From Hemiscyllium ocellatum (Eukaryota): 64,000 nt of DNA. Position 1 is the stretch's first letter. The number at the start of each line of letters is the position of its first letter. The stretch spans positions 25,593,575 to 25,657,574 of the forward strand of contig NC_083425.1 in the NCBI RefSeq assembly GCF_020745735.1, in the 5' to 3' direction. The notes below the pieces were generated by a model that saw nothing but the letters and a program-made list of their open reading frames with translations, searched no databases and was not told where the DNA came from. Made by a program: the position numbers and the translations under genes. Shown one piece after another: positions 26,231-39,534 of this stretch.

Positions 26231-26489
26231 GTTCCTTGGTCGAGGCCACATGAGCCAACTGTCTTCTGCCATGTTGGGAATCAAACCCAAATCCCAAAAC
26301 ATTCACCTGAGTCTCTGGATTACTCATCTAGTTACATTACCACTATATTTAAGAGAAAATTAGCTAGAAATGTAATAATGGAAAGCAAGAGGTTAATTAG
26401 ACATTTAAAAAGAAGGGAGTAATGAAAGTGATGTTGGTTCTGTTCTGAAGTATAGAAGGATATAGGTGTTCTGCATGAGTAACAAAAAG

Positions 26490-28980
26490 CAAGTATGCAG
26501 ATATAGCATGTAAACCCGAAAAGTGAATATAGGGTGTTAAGTTGGAAGCTAAAAGACAGGACGAGCAGATTAGCAATCTCAGATTTGTTACTGAGGCTAG
26601 GAACAGAGAACAAATGCAGATGAACACATGGCTGCAGAGCTGGTGTAGGAGGGACAGCTTCAGATATGTGGATCATATGTAGATAGGCAGACTAGAGGGG
26701 AGGCCATAATGGATTTGGTGCTTAGCAATGAACCAGACCAGGTGTCAGATCTCTCGGTGGGAGAGCATTTCAGTGACTGTGATCACAACTCCCTGGCCTT
26801 TACTATAGTCATGGAAAGGGATAGGAGCAGACGGTATGGGAAAGTATTTAATGGTCTGGCAGGAACTGGGGTGCCTAAATAGGGAACGGGTGTTCTCAGG
26901 AAAATGCATAACAGAAATGTGGAGGTTGTTTAGGGAGCACTTGCTGACAGTGCTGGATAGGTTTGTCCCACTGAGGCAAGGAGGTGATGGTAGGGTGTAG
27001 GAACCTTGGATGACAAGGGATATGGAACATCTAGTCAAGATGAAGAAGGAAGCTTACTTAAGGTTGAGGTGGCAAGGACCAGACAGGGCTCCAGAGGATT
27101 ACAAGATAGCCAAGAAGGAATTGAAGAATGGAGTAGGAGAGCTAAAAGGGGGCATGACAAAGCTTTAGCAGGTAGGATTAAGGAACACTCCAAGGCATTA
27201 TCTACATTTATGTGAGGAACAAGAGAATGGCCAGAGTGAGGGTATGGCAGATCAGGGATAGTAGAGGGAACTTGTGGCTGGAGTCGGATGAGGTAGGGGA
27301 AGTCCCCAATGAATACTTTGCTTCAGTATTCACTACGAAGACGGACCTTGTAATTTGTGAGGACAGTGTGAAACAGGCTGATATGCTTGAACAGGTTGAT
27401 GTTAAGAAGGAGGATGTGTTGAAGATTTTGAAAAACATAAGGATAGATTCGTCCTCGGGGCCACTTGGAATTACCCAAGGTTATGACAGGAAGTGAGGGA
27501 AGAGATTGCTGCGCCTTTGGCAATGATTTTTGTGTTCTCACTGTCTACTGGAGTAGTGCCAGCTGATTGGAAGGTGGCAAATGTTCAAGAACATTGTTCA
27601 AGAATGGGACTAGGGATAATCCTAGGAATTACAGACCAATCTGCAGTGGGCAAATTATTGGAGAGGATTCTGAGAAACAGGATTTATGATTACTTGGAAA
27701 ACCATAGTTTGATTAAAGATAGTCAGCATGGCTTTCTGAGAGGCAGGTCATGCCTCACAAGACTTATTGAATTGTTTGATGATGTGACAAAACACATTGA
27801 TGAAGAGGGAGCAGTGGATGTGGTGTACATGGATTTTAGCAAGGCGTTTGATAAAGTTCTTCATGGTAGGCTGATTCAGAAAAAAAGAGAAAGGGATTCA
27901 GGGAAATTTGGCTGTCTGGATACAGAATTGGCTGTCCCAAAGAAGACCGAGGAGAATAGTAGGTGGAAAGTATTCAGCCTGGAGCTTGGTGACAAATAGT
28001 GTTCCACAGGGATCTGTTCTTGGACCTCTGCTCTTTGTGATTTTCATAAATGACTTGGATGAGGAAGTGGTAGGGTGGGTTAGTAAGTTTGCTGATGACA
28101 TGAAAGTTGGTGGAGTGGTGGGTAGTGTGGAGGGGTGTTGTAGGTTGCAATGGGATATTGACAGGATGCAGAACTGGGCTGATAAGCGGCAGGTGGAGTT
28201 GAACCTGGAAAAGTGTGAAGTGATTCATTTTGGAAGGTCGAATTTGAATGCAGAATACAGGGTTAAAGACAGGATTCTTGCAAGTGTGGAGAAACAGAGG
28301 GATCTTGGAGTCTATGTCCTTAGATCCCTCAAAGTTGCCACCCAAGTTGATAGGGTTGTTAAGAAGGCATATGGTGTGTTGGCTGTCATTAGTGGGGGAT
28401 TGAGTTTAAGAGCCGCGAGGTTACGCTACAGCTCTATAAAGCCCTGGTTAGACCACGCTTGGAATATTGTGTTCTGTCCTGGTCACCTCATTATAGGAAG
28501 GATGTGGAAGCTTTCAAAAGGGTGCAGAGGAAATTTATCAGGATGCTGTCTGGACTGGAGGGCATGTCTTATGAAGAAAGATTGAGGGAGCTAAGGCTTT
28601 TCTCATTGGAGTGAAGAAGAGTGAGAGGCGACTTGATAGAGATGTACAAGATGATGAGAGGCATAGATAGAGTGAATAGTCAGAGACTTTTTCCCAGGGT
28701 AGAAATGGCTATCACAAGGAGGAACAATTTTAAGGTGATTGGAGGAAGGTTTAGGGGAAATGTCAGAGGTCAGTTCTGTACACAGAGAGTGTTGGGTGTG
28801 TGGAATGCACTGTCAGCTGTGATAATAGATACATTAGGGGCATTTAAGCGACTTTTGGATAGGCACATGGAATATAGTACATTGAAGGGTTTGTAGATTA
28901 GTTTGATATTAGAGTTGGATAAAAGGTTGGCACAACATCAAGGGCCAAAGGGCCTGTACTGTACTATTCTATGTTCTGTG
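26490..28980 (+). mobile_element. CR1 LINE, frameshifted ORF2 with RT
   Basis: SQHGFLRGRSCLTRLIE..VYMDFSKAFDKV, VPQGSVLGPLLFVIFINDL..KFADDMK; tail ctatgttctgtg at ~28970. Confidence 0.92.
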
Positions 28981-28984
28981 TTAA

Positions 28985-29560
28985 TGAAGAAGACTCATGG
29001 AATGCTATCCTTTATTACAAGGCGAATTGAACAGAGAAATAAGCATAATGTGTTTCACTTGTACAGAGCACTGGTAATATCAAGTCTTGAATACTGTGTG
29101 CGGTTTTGATCTCCTAAACTAAGGGAGGATGTAAATGCATTGGAGAGAGTTGAAAGGATCTTTGTTCGATTGATACCTGGAATGATTGAGTTGTCTTAGA
29201 AGGCAAAGTTGGACGTACTGGACTTGTTTCCACTGGAGTTAATAGAAGTGGGGACAAAGTTTACTGAAATGCATGAGATCCTGAATGAGCTTGTTGAAGT
29301 GAACAGTAAAAGGATGTTTCCTCTTGTGGGTCAGTCCAATACTAGGGGATCACTGTTTTAAAACTGGGGTTCCTCTTTTAGGTCCAAGATGAGATTTTTT
29401 AATTTCAGAGGGTTGTGTGACTTTGGAACCCTCTGCCTTAGAAAATAATGGAGGCATGGATCATTGGAATTTTTTAAAGGTAGAGTTAGATAGATTCTTG
29501 TTTGGCAAGAGAATCAAAGGTCATCAGGAGTATATGGGCCTGACTTGGCCTGATGGCAGA
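28985..29560 (+). mobile_element. Old CR1 3' fragment
   Basis: GMLSFITR..LYRALVISSLEYCVRF. Confidence 0.8.
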
Positions 29561-31109
29561 ATTCAGAAGCTCATAGAAAACCTCTACCCAGTTTGTTTGA
29601 TTTGAAAAAATTGAGATTGCCATTCATACCTTCATCATCAAAAGTTTTTGAAAAGTGTCTTCCTTAAAAAAGATTCCTCTGCAATAGCATTGCTTATCAA
29701 CTGGGGCATTCAGTTGATAGAAGTCCTGCTGAATTTAGAGGCAGGAATCATGTCAGTTTTTTTTTATTCTGCTCCCTGCCTGCTCTCTGGCATGAGTGAA
29801 GACTGAATTGTGGCTGAGAAGGAAAGCCTGGGGTGTAAGACCACATAAATGTAAATTGGAAACTGCTGGGGAATTCAGAAAAGAGAAATCATGGAAAGAG
29901 GGAGGGAGACTGCAGTAAGTGGGAAAGAAACTGTGGAGATGGCTAGATATTGGGGAGAGAAATAATGGAAAGTGAAGAAGTAGTCAACCTTTTTGGGGAC
30001 GTGATAGTTGAAAGTTTCAGACATTCATTGTGATGAGGTTGTCAGCTAATTGCTGGTAGAGAGTGATTGCAGCAGAGGGATCTGCTTGAGGAGCTGGGTG
30101 TAAAGCACTTTTGCTCCCCTGACCTGGAAAAGGAGTTCCTTGCTGAATCTGGCAGCTCTCAACTTCTTTCACGGAATTGCTGAGTTTCCGTAAGCCAAAC
30201 TGACAATCTTTAAGACCATCTCTCGATATTTGAACTCAGCAATTTGCTAATGTATCCCAATAAAGTTTAAATCAAAGGGTTTTTATTGTAAATGATTTTT
30301 AAGAATTAAAATTCCAGTTACTGAGAGGCATTGCATTGACATAGAAATAATGCATGTTTTTGTTGTAAACCAACATTCAATTATCTTAATCAAACTACCA
30401 AATTATCACTTTTAAATATATGAAGGATTTTGAAAATCAAATGTTGTCTGACTTGCTGGCTAAAGTTTACATTCCGTGATATTCCAAAGGATTTAAGCAA
30501 AAACCAGACAAAAAAAAAATACTTTCCAAAGCAGGCACAATCTGTGCCAGAATTGGCAACTGTGGCCAAATGGAAAGTCTGCGCCCCTCCTCCTGTTTTG
30601 AATTGTATAGTGTTTTAAAGGAAAAATCTAATATTGTCCTTATACACCCAGTTAAATATCTGCTATTAATAACACACTGACTGACAGAAAATCACATTTG
30701 GCATCAGCATGCTATGTGTCTTTTATTGATTATTGACACAGTATTGGAATGTAGCAGAATGTATTGTGTGGCTAACGGTTTGAGTTAGTATTTGAACAGT
30801 ATTAGCAACACAAAGTTGAAAGGTATCTTTCCAATTTATAGAATGTAATTAAACATGGCAAGTGACAATTATCAATGTTATTATAAAATATTGACTGTCT
30901 CTGGTTTTACACTGCTGTTTGTGGGACTTTTGATATTGGAAAGGAACACATCTTGAATTATTTAAATCATGCTATGTTCTCCCTCTCTTGACATCCTCTG
31001 AAGGGCCAATAAAGTCAAACTTGAAAGAATATAATCAAAAATTTGCATTTACTTTCCACCAGAGATCAAGCACAACCACATTAAAAAAAACGCTCTAGTC
31101 TCCTAAAAC

Positions 31110-31680
31110 TGTTCTTTATTCCAGGATCATGTAAAGATGAGCCTCAACTTCTTTTCTCTCCTGCAAACCATCTCCTTAAACCTGTCCCTTTCACCTTCAC
31201 TTAAGGGCAAGGAGCTCATAGATTTCCATGTTGCTAAGATGAATAACATTCAATCAAGAGCTTCTGCCTTGCTCTTTCTTCCCATTAGCCACCAGACCAA
31301 ACTCCCTCTAAAATTCCCCCTGTCCTCGCCTTCAATTTGCAAATTTCACTGGTTTCTCTCCTATTTCCACTCATGCCCCCTCATAGCTCACCTTGTCCAT
31401 GACACCCACCTCTTGCTCCTTGAATCCTAAATTGCTGATGACCTTAATTCCCTTCCTTAACTCCACACAAGTTAATATTGTAATTAATTGTCTCTGGTCA
31501 GTTATCTTCCCTCTGTCTTCTAATTCTGTTGACACCAACTCTCTCCTAACAAAAAAAACCCCTTGACATCACCATTCTTGTGAGACATCATCCTATTTCC
31601 AACCTCTTTTTCCTCTGTAAAGTCCTTTAATCTCTCCCAAATCTATGCCCATCTTTCTTGAAACTGCACATTTTAATTAG
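31110..31680 (+). mobile_element. Old L2 LINE fragment
   Basis: ELIDFHVAKMNNIQS; later tcctatttccaacctctttttcctctgtaaagtcctt, corresponding to (R)PISNL.FL.KVL. Confidence 0.6.
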
Positions 31681-32289
31681 TTTTGAGTGCAGATACTGTG
31701 ACAGATAGAGAAGTGCATTAAAGCTGGATCACATCTCACTAAAGATGAATGTGTCTCTGCATAACTTAAGTTGTTCCATGTCTTTTGGATGAAGTGATTT
31801 AATAAGTTGTATTAAAATTCACATGAATTCAGTGAACTATTCCTTGGTTAAAAAACAAAATCAGTGACAGTCCCATCTGTGACAGTCTGTATATAGACAT
31901 ATAAATATAAACAGTCACCATATAATTCACCAGCAACTGGAGGGCATTTGGTTCAACATGATATATTTGCAAATGAATGTATTAGCTTTCTTCACAATTA
32001 ATAAATTATTCCACTTTTTGTATGCTGCAGTCAGTATGGTGCTGCCAGTTTAAGCTTTGTGGTTTGATGGACAATGTTTTTACTGCAATTTGATCAGTGC
32101 CAGATAATGATACGAAATTGGAAACAACAGCAGGAGCTAAAGGAAAGATAACATTGGGAGCAGACCTCAAACAGTAGCAGGTCTCCCATGATTTCTTTTT
32201 CAACAATTCTTCAGTTAAATGGAAGTTTATTAAGCTGTACCTTTCACTGAAGCAAGCTAGCTAGAAAACAAATAATGTTTTTATTCTTA

Positions 32290-32925
32290 CAAGGAAAATG
32301 GACAAGTTTATATTTTCCCACGTAATGCTCAACCTGCCAAATCTTTGCACAGTCTCTTAATCTACCTCTCTTCCACTGTTTGCTTCACAACTTAATTTCC
32401 TATCCATCTTTGTCTCATCAGCAAAGTTAGCCAGCATAAGTCGCAAACAGTTGAGGTCCCAGCATCGATCCTGCTGGTGAACCACTAGTTATGTCCTGCC
32501 AATCAGAAACTTGCCTATTTATGCAGACTCTGGCTAGTGAAGAGGAAACAATCTTCTATCAGTGTCAATATATTAAACCATCTTCTTTATTCCTTCTATT
32601 TTCTACAGCTACCTTTTGATGTGCCACCTTATCAAATGCCTTATGGAAATACAAGTACAGTACATCCAGTTCTCCTTTATCTACAGCACATGTTGCTTCT
32701 TCAAAGAACTGCAGTAACTTGGTTAGACATGATTCTCCTTTCACAAAACCATGTTGACTCTACCTGATTACCTTGAACTTTTCTACTTAGATCTACCTTG
32801 CTTTAATGTCTTTAACAATAACTTCTTTCGTCATCTTCATGACAGATATTCAATTTACTGGCCTGTATTTTCCAACTTTCTGTCTCATTTTTGAACAAAG
32901 GAGTTACAGTATAATAAAATGAGCT
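32290..32925 (-). mobile_element. Old CR1 RT fragment
   Basis: Minus strand shows QHGFVKGESCLT and a GQGSMLGPQLF-like stretch. Confidence 0.7.
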
Positions 32926-34496
32926 ACATTGTAGATCGCATATAAAGGAGGGAACTAGAAACTCAGATAAATAATTCCAAATTCCTTCTCCTAAAAATAA
33001 TGCATTTGTACTAAAGCTACTCACTTTACAAAAAAGCCTTTCAACAAATAAACGTGTGCAAGTATGACAAACAGAGCCAGAATTTACAGAACTACATGAT
33101 ATATTGTACAGCCAAGTACATAACTATATAATGCATTGACTGAATTAAGTTGAAATATTGTTTCATGGCCATCAAAGCTTCATCATTAACAGACACTTTA
33201 TGACTATTATTTTAAAAAGTATCAAAAATAATAAATCGGACTGCCAAACATGCATGGCCATTATACAATTTGCAGCAATTTCTGCAAATAATAAAATATG
33301 CCTGCCAGCTGAAATAATACTTTGGTCACAAAAAGGTGGAAAGCTTAAATTCCTGTACTGAGTATAATACTTAAAATGAAGGAGTCACTCAAACATTAGT
33401 AAAAGAACCAAGGTTGACTCAACAATTCTTAAAATACTAGCCACATATACTAGTCTCCCCTCTTTATAGGTACCAAGTCAGTCCTTATTCAGTTACAGTA
33501 GCATTATTCACGATCATGCCCAATGCTCACACATTATGAACTGAAACCATATTTGAAATTCACTCATGGGCATGAGTGTCTCAGGCTGGCCAGCACTTCT
33601 TGCCTGTTCCTTGTTGCCCTTCAGAAAATGGTCGTAAGCTGCTTTCTTGAACCACTGCAATTTGTGTGCTGTAGGTAGACCTACAATGCCACCAAAGAAA
33701 CAATTACTGTTTATTTCCAATATTGTAAAATTATATTCTCTTTGACATTTCAGCTGCATCCAATTATGGCTAACTTACTTAAAATCAGGGAACCACAGTA
33801 TTAAATTTGCACTTCTTAGTCTACATCTTTCCAATACATAGCGCTTCAATCCAAAATGAATGCACTCAACATCTACAATTAGTGGAAACCAAGAGATCAA
33901 TGTTACTACTTGCTATATCTACAATTCAACATAAACACAAATATTTCATACACTAAGTACAAGCCAAATCAGCTTAGACAAGTCTCAGCAACTGAAATGC
34001 TACTGGCAAAACATTATTTGATGAGGTACATCCTGTTGTGCTCAGTTCTTTTCAACATCAGGCAATGGGAGAAGATTGGGATTTCATCAAATGGTTTCAA
34101 TTAAGTATAAAAACAGAGCAAACCCGCTTTCTGGAGACTTGACAAATCTTGAATCTGGGGGAGAAAATATCAGATTTACTGTGTTTCCTTTCCCATTGAC
34201 ATTTCCAAATACAAAAGTAAAAAAGATTACTCTATTTGTGACAATTTTCGGCAAGCCAACAAAATCAAATTAAAACTCAATCCAACAGAAACATTTTGTT
34301 GTTTCTTTGAGCCATAGCAATAAATTTAGAAGCTAAGAAATATGGCAGATGGAGAGTACTGTTGAAAAATGCGAAGTTTTCACTTTTAGCAGGAAGTATA
34401 ACAAAGCAGATTAGTATGGTGAATGATTGCAGATTTCCAAGGTGAAGAGGAATTTACGCGTTCTAGTGCATAAGTCACAACATACGCAGGTCCAGC

Positions 34497-35840
34497 ACTT
34501 CAGTGGTGGGCAAAGTCTTAGAGAGAATGGTAAGGGATAAGATTTATGAACATCTGGGTAGGAATAACGTGATCAGGGATAGCCAGCATGGTTTTGTGAA
34601 GGGCAGGTCGTGCCTCACAAACCTTATTGAGTTCTTTGAGAAGGTGACTATGGAAGTGGATGAGGGTAAAGCAGTAGATGTTGTGTATATGGATTTTAGT
34701 AAGGCGTTCGATAAGGTTCCCCATGGTAGGCTAATGCTAAAACTTCGGAGGTATGGCATTGAGGATACATTAGAGGTTTGGATTAGGAATTGGCTGGCTG
34801 GAAGGAGACAGAGGGTAGTAGTTGATGGATTATGTTCATCTTGGAGCGCAGTTACTAGCGGTGTACCACAAGGATCTGTTTTGGGACCATTGCTTTTTGT
34901 TATCTTTATAAATGATCTAGAGGAAGGACTTGAAAGCTGGGTAAGCAAGTTTGCGGATGACACGAAAGTCAGTGGAGTTGTGGATAGTGAGGAAGGAAGT
35001 GGTAGGTTACAGCGGGATATAGATAAGTTGCAGAGCTGGGCGGAAATGTGGCAAATGGAATTCAATGTAGCTAAGTGCGAAGTCGTTCACTTTGGTAGGA
35101 ATAAAAAGATGTTGGATTACTGGGCTAATGGTAGGCTACTTGGTAGTGTGGATGAGCAGAGGGATCTTGGTGTCTATGTACACAGATCTCTGAAAGTTGC
35201 CACCCAGGTAAATAGTGCTGTGAGGAAGGCATATGGTGTACTGGGCTTTATTGGCAGAGGAATTGAGTTCCGGAGTCCTGAGGTCATGTTGCAGTTGTAT
35301 AAGACTCTGGTGAGGCCTCATCTGGAGTATTGTGTGCAGTTTTGGTCGCCATACTATAGGAAGGATGTGGAAGCTTTAGAACGAGTGCAGAGGAGGTTTA
35401 CCAGGATGTTGCCTGGAATGGTAGGAAAATCTTATGAGGAAAGGCTGAGGCACTTGGGGCTGTTCTCATTGGAGAAGAGAAGGTTTAGGGGAGATCTGAT
35501 AGAAGTGTATAAGATGATTAGGGGTTTAGATAGGGTAGATACTAAGAACCTTTTACCGCTAATGGAGTCAGGTGTTACTAGGGGACATAGCTTTAAATTA
35601 AGGGGTGGTAGGTATAGGACAGATGTTAGGGGTAGATTCTTCACACAGCGGGTTGTGAGTTCATGGAATGCCCTGCCCGTATCAGTGGTGAACTCTCCTT
35701 CTTTATGTTCATTTAAGCGGGCATTGGATAGGCATTTGGAAGTTATTGGGCTAGTATAGGTTAGGTAGGACTCGGTCGGCGCAACATCGAGGGCCGAAGG
35801 GCCTGTACTGCGCTGTATCCTTCTATGTTCTATGTTCTAT
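34497..35840 (+). mobile_element. Young 5'-truncated CR1 LINE with uninterrupted RT/C-terminal ORF (34503-35759, 418 aa)
   Basis: QHGFVKGRSCLTNL, VYMDFSKAFDKVPH, GVPQGSVLGPLLF, KFADDTK, HLEYCVQFWSP with no stops; (TTCTATG)3 tail. Nested in an older CR1 (34345-34496, 35841-35910). Confidence 0.97.
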
Positions 35841-35914
35841 AATCAAAAAGGCCAATGGTATGCTCACCTTCATTATGAAAGGATAATAAAATAAGGAACT
35901 GAGGATGTTAAAGA

Positions 35915-36940
35915 TCTGTAACTAAAACAGCAATTGTTTGAGAATCTCACCTGGTCTGACAGCATTGGGAAAGTACAATTAATATTTTCAGTCCAGTGAC
36001 CCTCTTTCGGAACTGGAGGAGGTAGAAGTGGGCTGTGTGTGACCTTTGTGGATACAATAGCCTGATGTTCGATAGTGTGGTCAAGGGAGAGATAAGTGGA
36101 GGTGTCTGAAAGCTGGCGCTCAGTCTCCCCAAATGTAGAGGTTATTTGATTGATTTTGTTTTGTTGGCACATGTACCAAGATGAAGTGAAAAGGGTTGTT
36201 TTGTATGCTATACAGGCAGGTCGTACCATACAAAGTGCTTCAGGATAGCAGAACAAGAGCAGAACAACGAATATAGTGTTACAGCCGCAGCAAAGGTGTG
36301 GAGAGAGATCAGAATTACCATTTGAGAGCTCTATTTCAAAATCAGATAATAGCAGGGAAAACAGCTGTTTTTGAGTATGTGAAAGTCAGTAAGTCAGACA
36401 ACAACAGCACCACTCTTGTTGACAGACTTGATTACAAAGTCAGGGTTGGATGTGAAGCACTGTGTGCAATCAGTTCAGAGGGAGAGGGGATTGGCACATA
36501 GAAATTAAGGCGACAGAAATAATGTCAGCAGTTCTCAATGAACAAGCTGAGTGCAGGTAAACATACAGGGAAAGAGATCCAGGTAAAGGGAGAGTGTTGG
36601 AGGCAGGTGAAGGGGATTGCAGGATGGTGAGAGGAATCCAGTCCAAAGAAATGGACATGAAAGCAAAAGCAATGTAAGAAGGGTTCAAAGTCATGTTGTG
36701 CTGAAAATCATCGAGTTGAGGGCACAGAAAGTCGAAACTGAGTCCTTTGCTGAATACAGGACATTCTGTATCACAGATTGGAAGGTGAGAAGTTATAGTA
36801 AATATCAACAAGAGTTGGGACTAGGCAAAGAAAAGGTAACAGAGGGAAGGGAAGGGTCACATAAACAATGTTAACTCTGCTTTCTCTCCACAGATGCTGC
36901 AAGACCTGCTGAGTTTCTCCAGCAATTTCTGTTTTTGTAT
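35915..36940 (-). mobile_element. Ancient Penelope-like relic with inverted terminal pieces
   Basis: Minus strand VFSKGLSFDFLCPQLDDFQH (PLE N-terminal RT region). 36870-36938 resembles family-C pLTR ends (cagatgctgc..gacctgctgagtttctccagca). Confidence 0.55.
36142..36375 (-). mobile_element. LINE 3' tail (Rex1/Babar-like)
   Basis: Minus strand cttttcacttcatcttggtacatgtgccaacaaaacaaaatcaatcaaat; same tail type as 40675-40735. Confidence 0.5.
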
Positions 36941-36944
36941 AAAA

Positions 36945-37890
36945 AAAGATGTCACATTTCAGTTAAGTGGTGCATTTGAAAGACCATATCTTGAATATTG
37001 TGGGCAGTGATGGTCTCCTTATTTAAGAACAGATGTTCATGCATTGCAGGTAATTTATTTAAGGTTTACTGGACTGATACCTCGAGGTATCTTGTAAGGA
37101 AAAGTTTGAAGGGCTGGGCTTGTCTTAGAAGAGAGGGTGTGACTTGGTTAGCGTTTATAAGATTCTGACTGGTCTTGACAAGGTGGATGTGGAAAGGATG
37201 TTTCCTTTTGTGGGTGAGTCCAGAACTGGGGGTATTATTTCAAAGTTAAGGGGTAACCCTTTCAGAACAAATATAAAGAATAATTCTTTCTTCAGAGGGT
37301 TGTATGACTTTGGAACTCTCTACATCAGAAGTCTGTGGAAGTTGGATCATAGAATCATAGAGATGTACAGCACGGAAACAGACCCTTCGGTCCAACTCAT
37401 TTCTGCCAACCAGATATCCTAACTTAATCTTATCCCATTTGCCAGCACTTGGCCCATATCCCTCTAAACCCTTCCTATTCATATACCCATCCAGATGCCT
37501 TTTAAATGTGGCAATTGTACTAGCCTCCATCACTTCCTCTGGCAGCTCATTCCATACACGCACCACCAAATGTGTGAAAAAGTCGCCCCTTAGGTCCCTT
37601 TTATATTTAACCTACTCACCCTAAACCTATGCCCTCTAGTTCTGGACTCACCCACCCCAGCGAAAATACTTTGCCTATTTATCCTATCCATGCTCCTCAT
37701 GGTTTTGTAAACTATGAATATTTTTAAGACAGGAGCAATAGATTCTTGTTAGGCAGGGTAGGTCATAGTTTATTGAGGATAGATGGAAATCTGGAGTTCG
37801 AAATACAAACTGATCAGCTATGATCTTGTTGAATGACACAGCAGGGTCAAGGGACCAAATGGTTTATTTTTGCTCCTGTTTCATATAATA
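36945..37890 (+). mobile_element. Old CR1 3' part carrying a younger inverted CR1 tail (37348-37712, -)
   Basis: VYKILTGLDKVDVERMFP on +; VVRVWNELPEEVMEAS on -. Confidence 0.85.
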
Positions 37891-39534
37891 GGTTAATATA
37901 TTAAGGGCTCACAGTCATAACAATTTTGGTCTCAGTGTGTTACTATTTAAATATTATCCTAACTTTTAAATTGATGTGAGTAGTTGGATACTTCCACCAG
38001 TCCTCTATTTGACTAGGTACTGGTTTTAATAGCCTATTTCATTTACAGTGATAGAAGAACAACTACAAGTTAATTTTAACAGAGGATTATTGTCTGGACA
38101 AAATATAGTTTATTGCATGTTAGCAATTAGAGCAATTAACTGTAGCTTGATATGCATTCCTCCATGAATTGGAGACATTCATTACACATCTGTCACTTCA
38201 AGATCCAGAGATATTTTCTCCCATTCCCCATTCAAAGCCTTTTGATGTTTTCTAATTTGGAGGGCCAGCATGGACTTGACAGGCCGAATCACTTGCTTCC
38301 ACACTGTAGGAATTCAATGGTTCTATGATTCTACTTCAGTGCAGGCATGTAGCTTTTTTGGGGGATGCCATCCTTGGGATGAGAAATTAAACAAAAAGTC
38401 CCAATAGGCATTCTTCTTAAATTCTATCATATGATTAGAGAATCACTAATCTGGGCAGCATTTCTGTAATTATCCCTGAGATGATCATGTTGAACCACTG
38501 TGGTCCATATGGCGAAACTATACCTATGGTCCAATTAACAGGGGACTTGAAAGATTTTAAACCAGAAACCGTGAAGGAGCAATGAGACAATTTCAAATCA
38601 GGATGGTTTGTGGTTTGGAGAGGATCTTGGTGTACCATTTTGGTCTACAATCCAAAAATAAAAAAAATACAAAGATGTGATCTCACAGCAGTATTTGACA
38701 GAGTTTGGTATCAAGGAGCCCAAGCAAAAATAAATCCAATGGAAGTCAATCAGCAAACTCTCCATTGATGCAGTCCTAGGACATAGGAAGCTGGCTGTGG
38801 TTGTGGAAGCCACTTATCTTAATGCAGATTATCATTGCAAGAGCAACTCAGGCTGCATCTTCAGCTGTTTCAATTATGACCTTCCCTCTGTTATGGAGTG
38901 AGAAGTCGGAATGTATACTGATGGTTACATAGTGTTCAGTGCCAATCACAATTCCTTAGGTACTAAAGCAGTCCGTGACTTGTACAACAAGGTCTGGACA
39001 ATATTCAGGCTGGTACTGCTAAATGGTAAGTAACATTTGTCCAGCACAAGGGTAGCCTATGACATCCGCCATGACAGAATCTAACCATCCCTGTCTGATA
39101 TCCAATGACATCGTCATCGCTTTTGCACCCCCACCGTTAAGGTAGTGGAGAATTTGTAAAAACAAAAGTGGCAGACATAAGAAAACCAATTATTTTGTCC
39201 AATTCTCAAAAAAAAATCAGAGCCATTGTAAGGGAAATAAACAATCCAATATTTTGTACAATCAGCTTCAGGTTTCTACTTCAGAGCAAGCAGCTGTCTA
39301 GCTGAGGCAAAACATACTGCTTTTGGTACTGCTCAGCCATTCTAACACACAAAATATGATTCAAAATTGTAATTGTACAAAATCATTAGATAATTTTAAC
39401 AGAGTTTATGAACATTATAAATGAAGATCCATCAATTCAGCTACACACAATCACCAGAATGTTATGGTGCAGCAGGAGGTTGGTTGCTCCATTGTGTGTG
39501 CACAGGATACTGAAATTAAAATAACTGATGCGTA

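Noticed and set aside
34503-35759. Longest ORF as a host or domesticated RT gene
   Set aside because: It begins at the 5' truncation point with GTG, lacks the endonuclease domain and ends in a CR1 tail, so it is a young TE copy.
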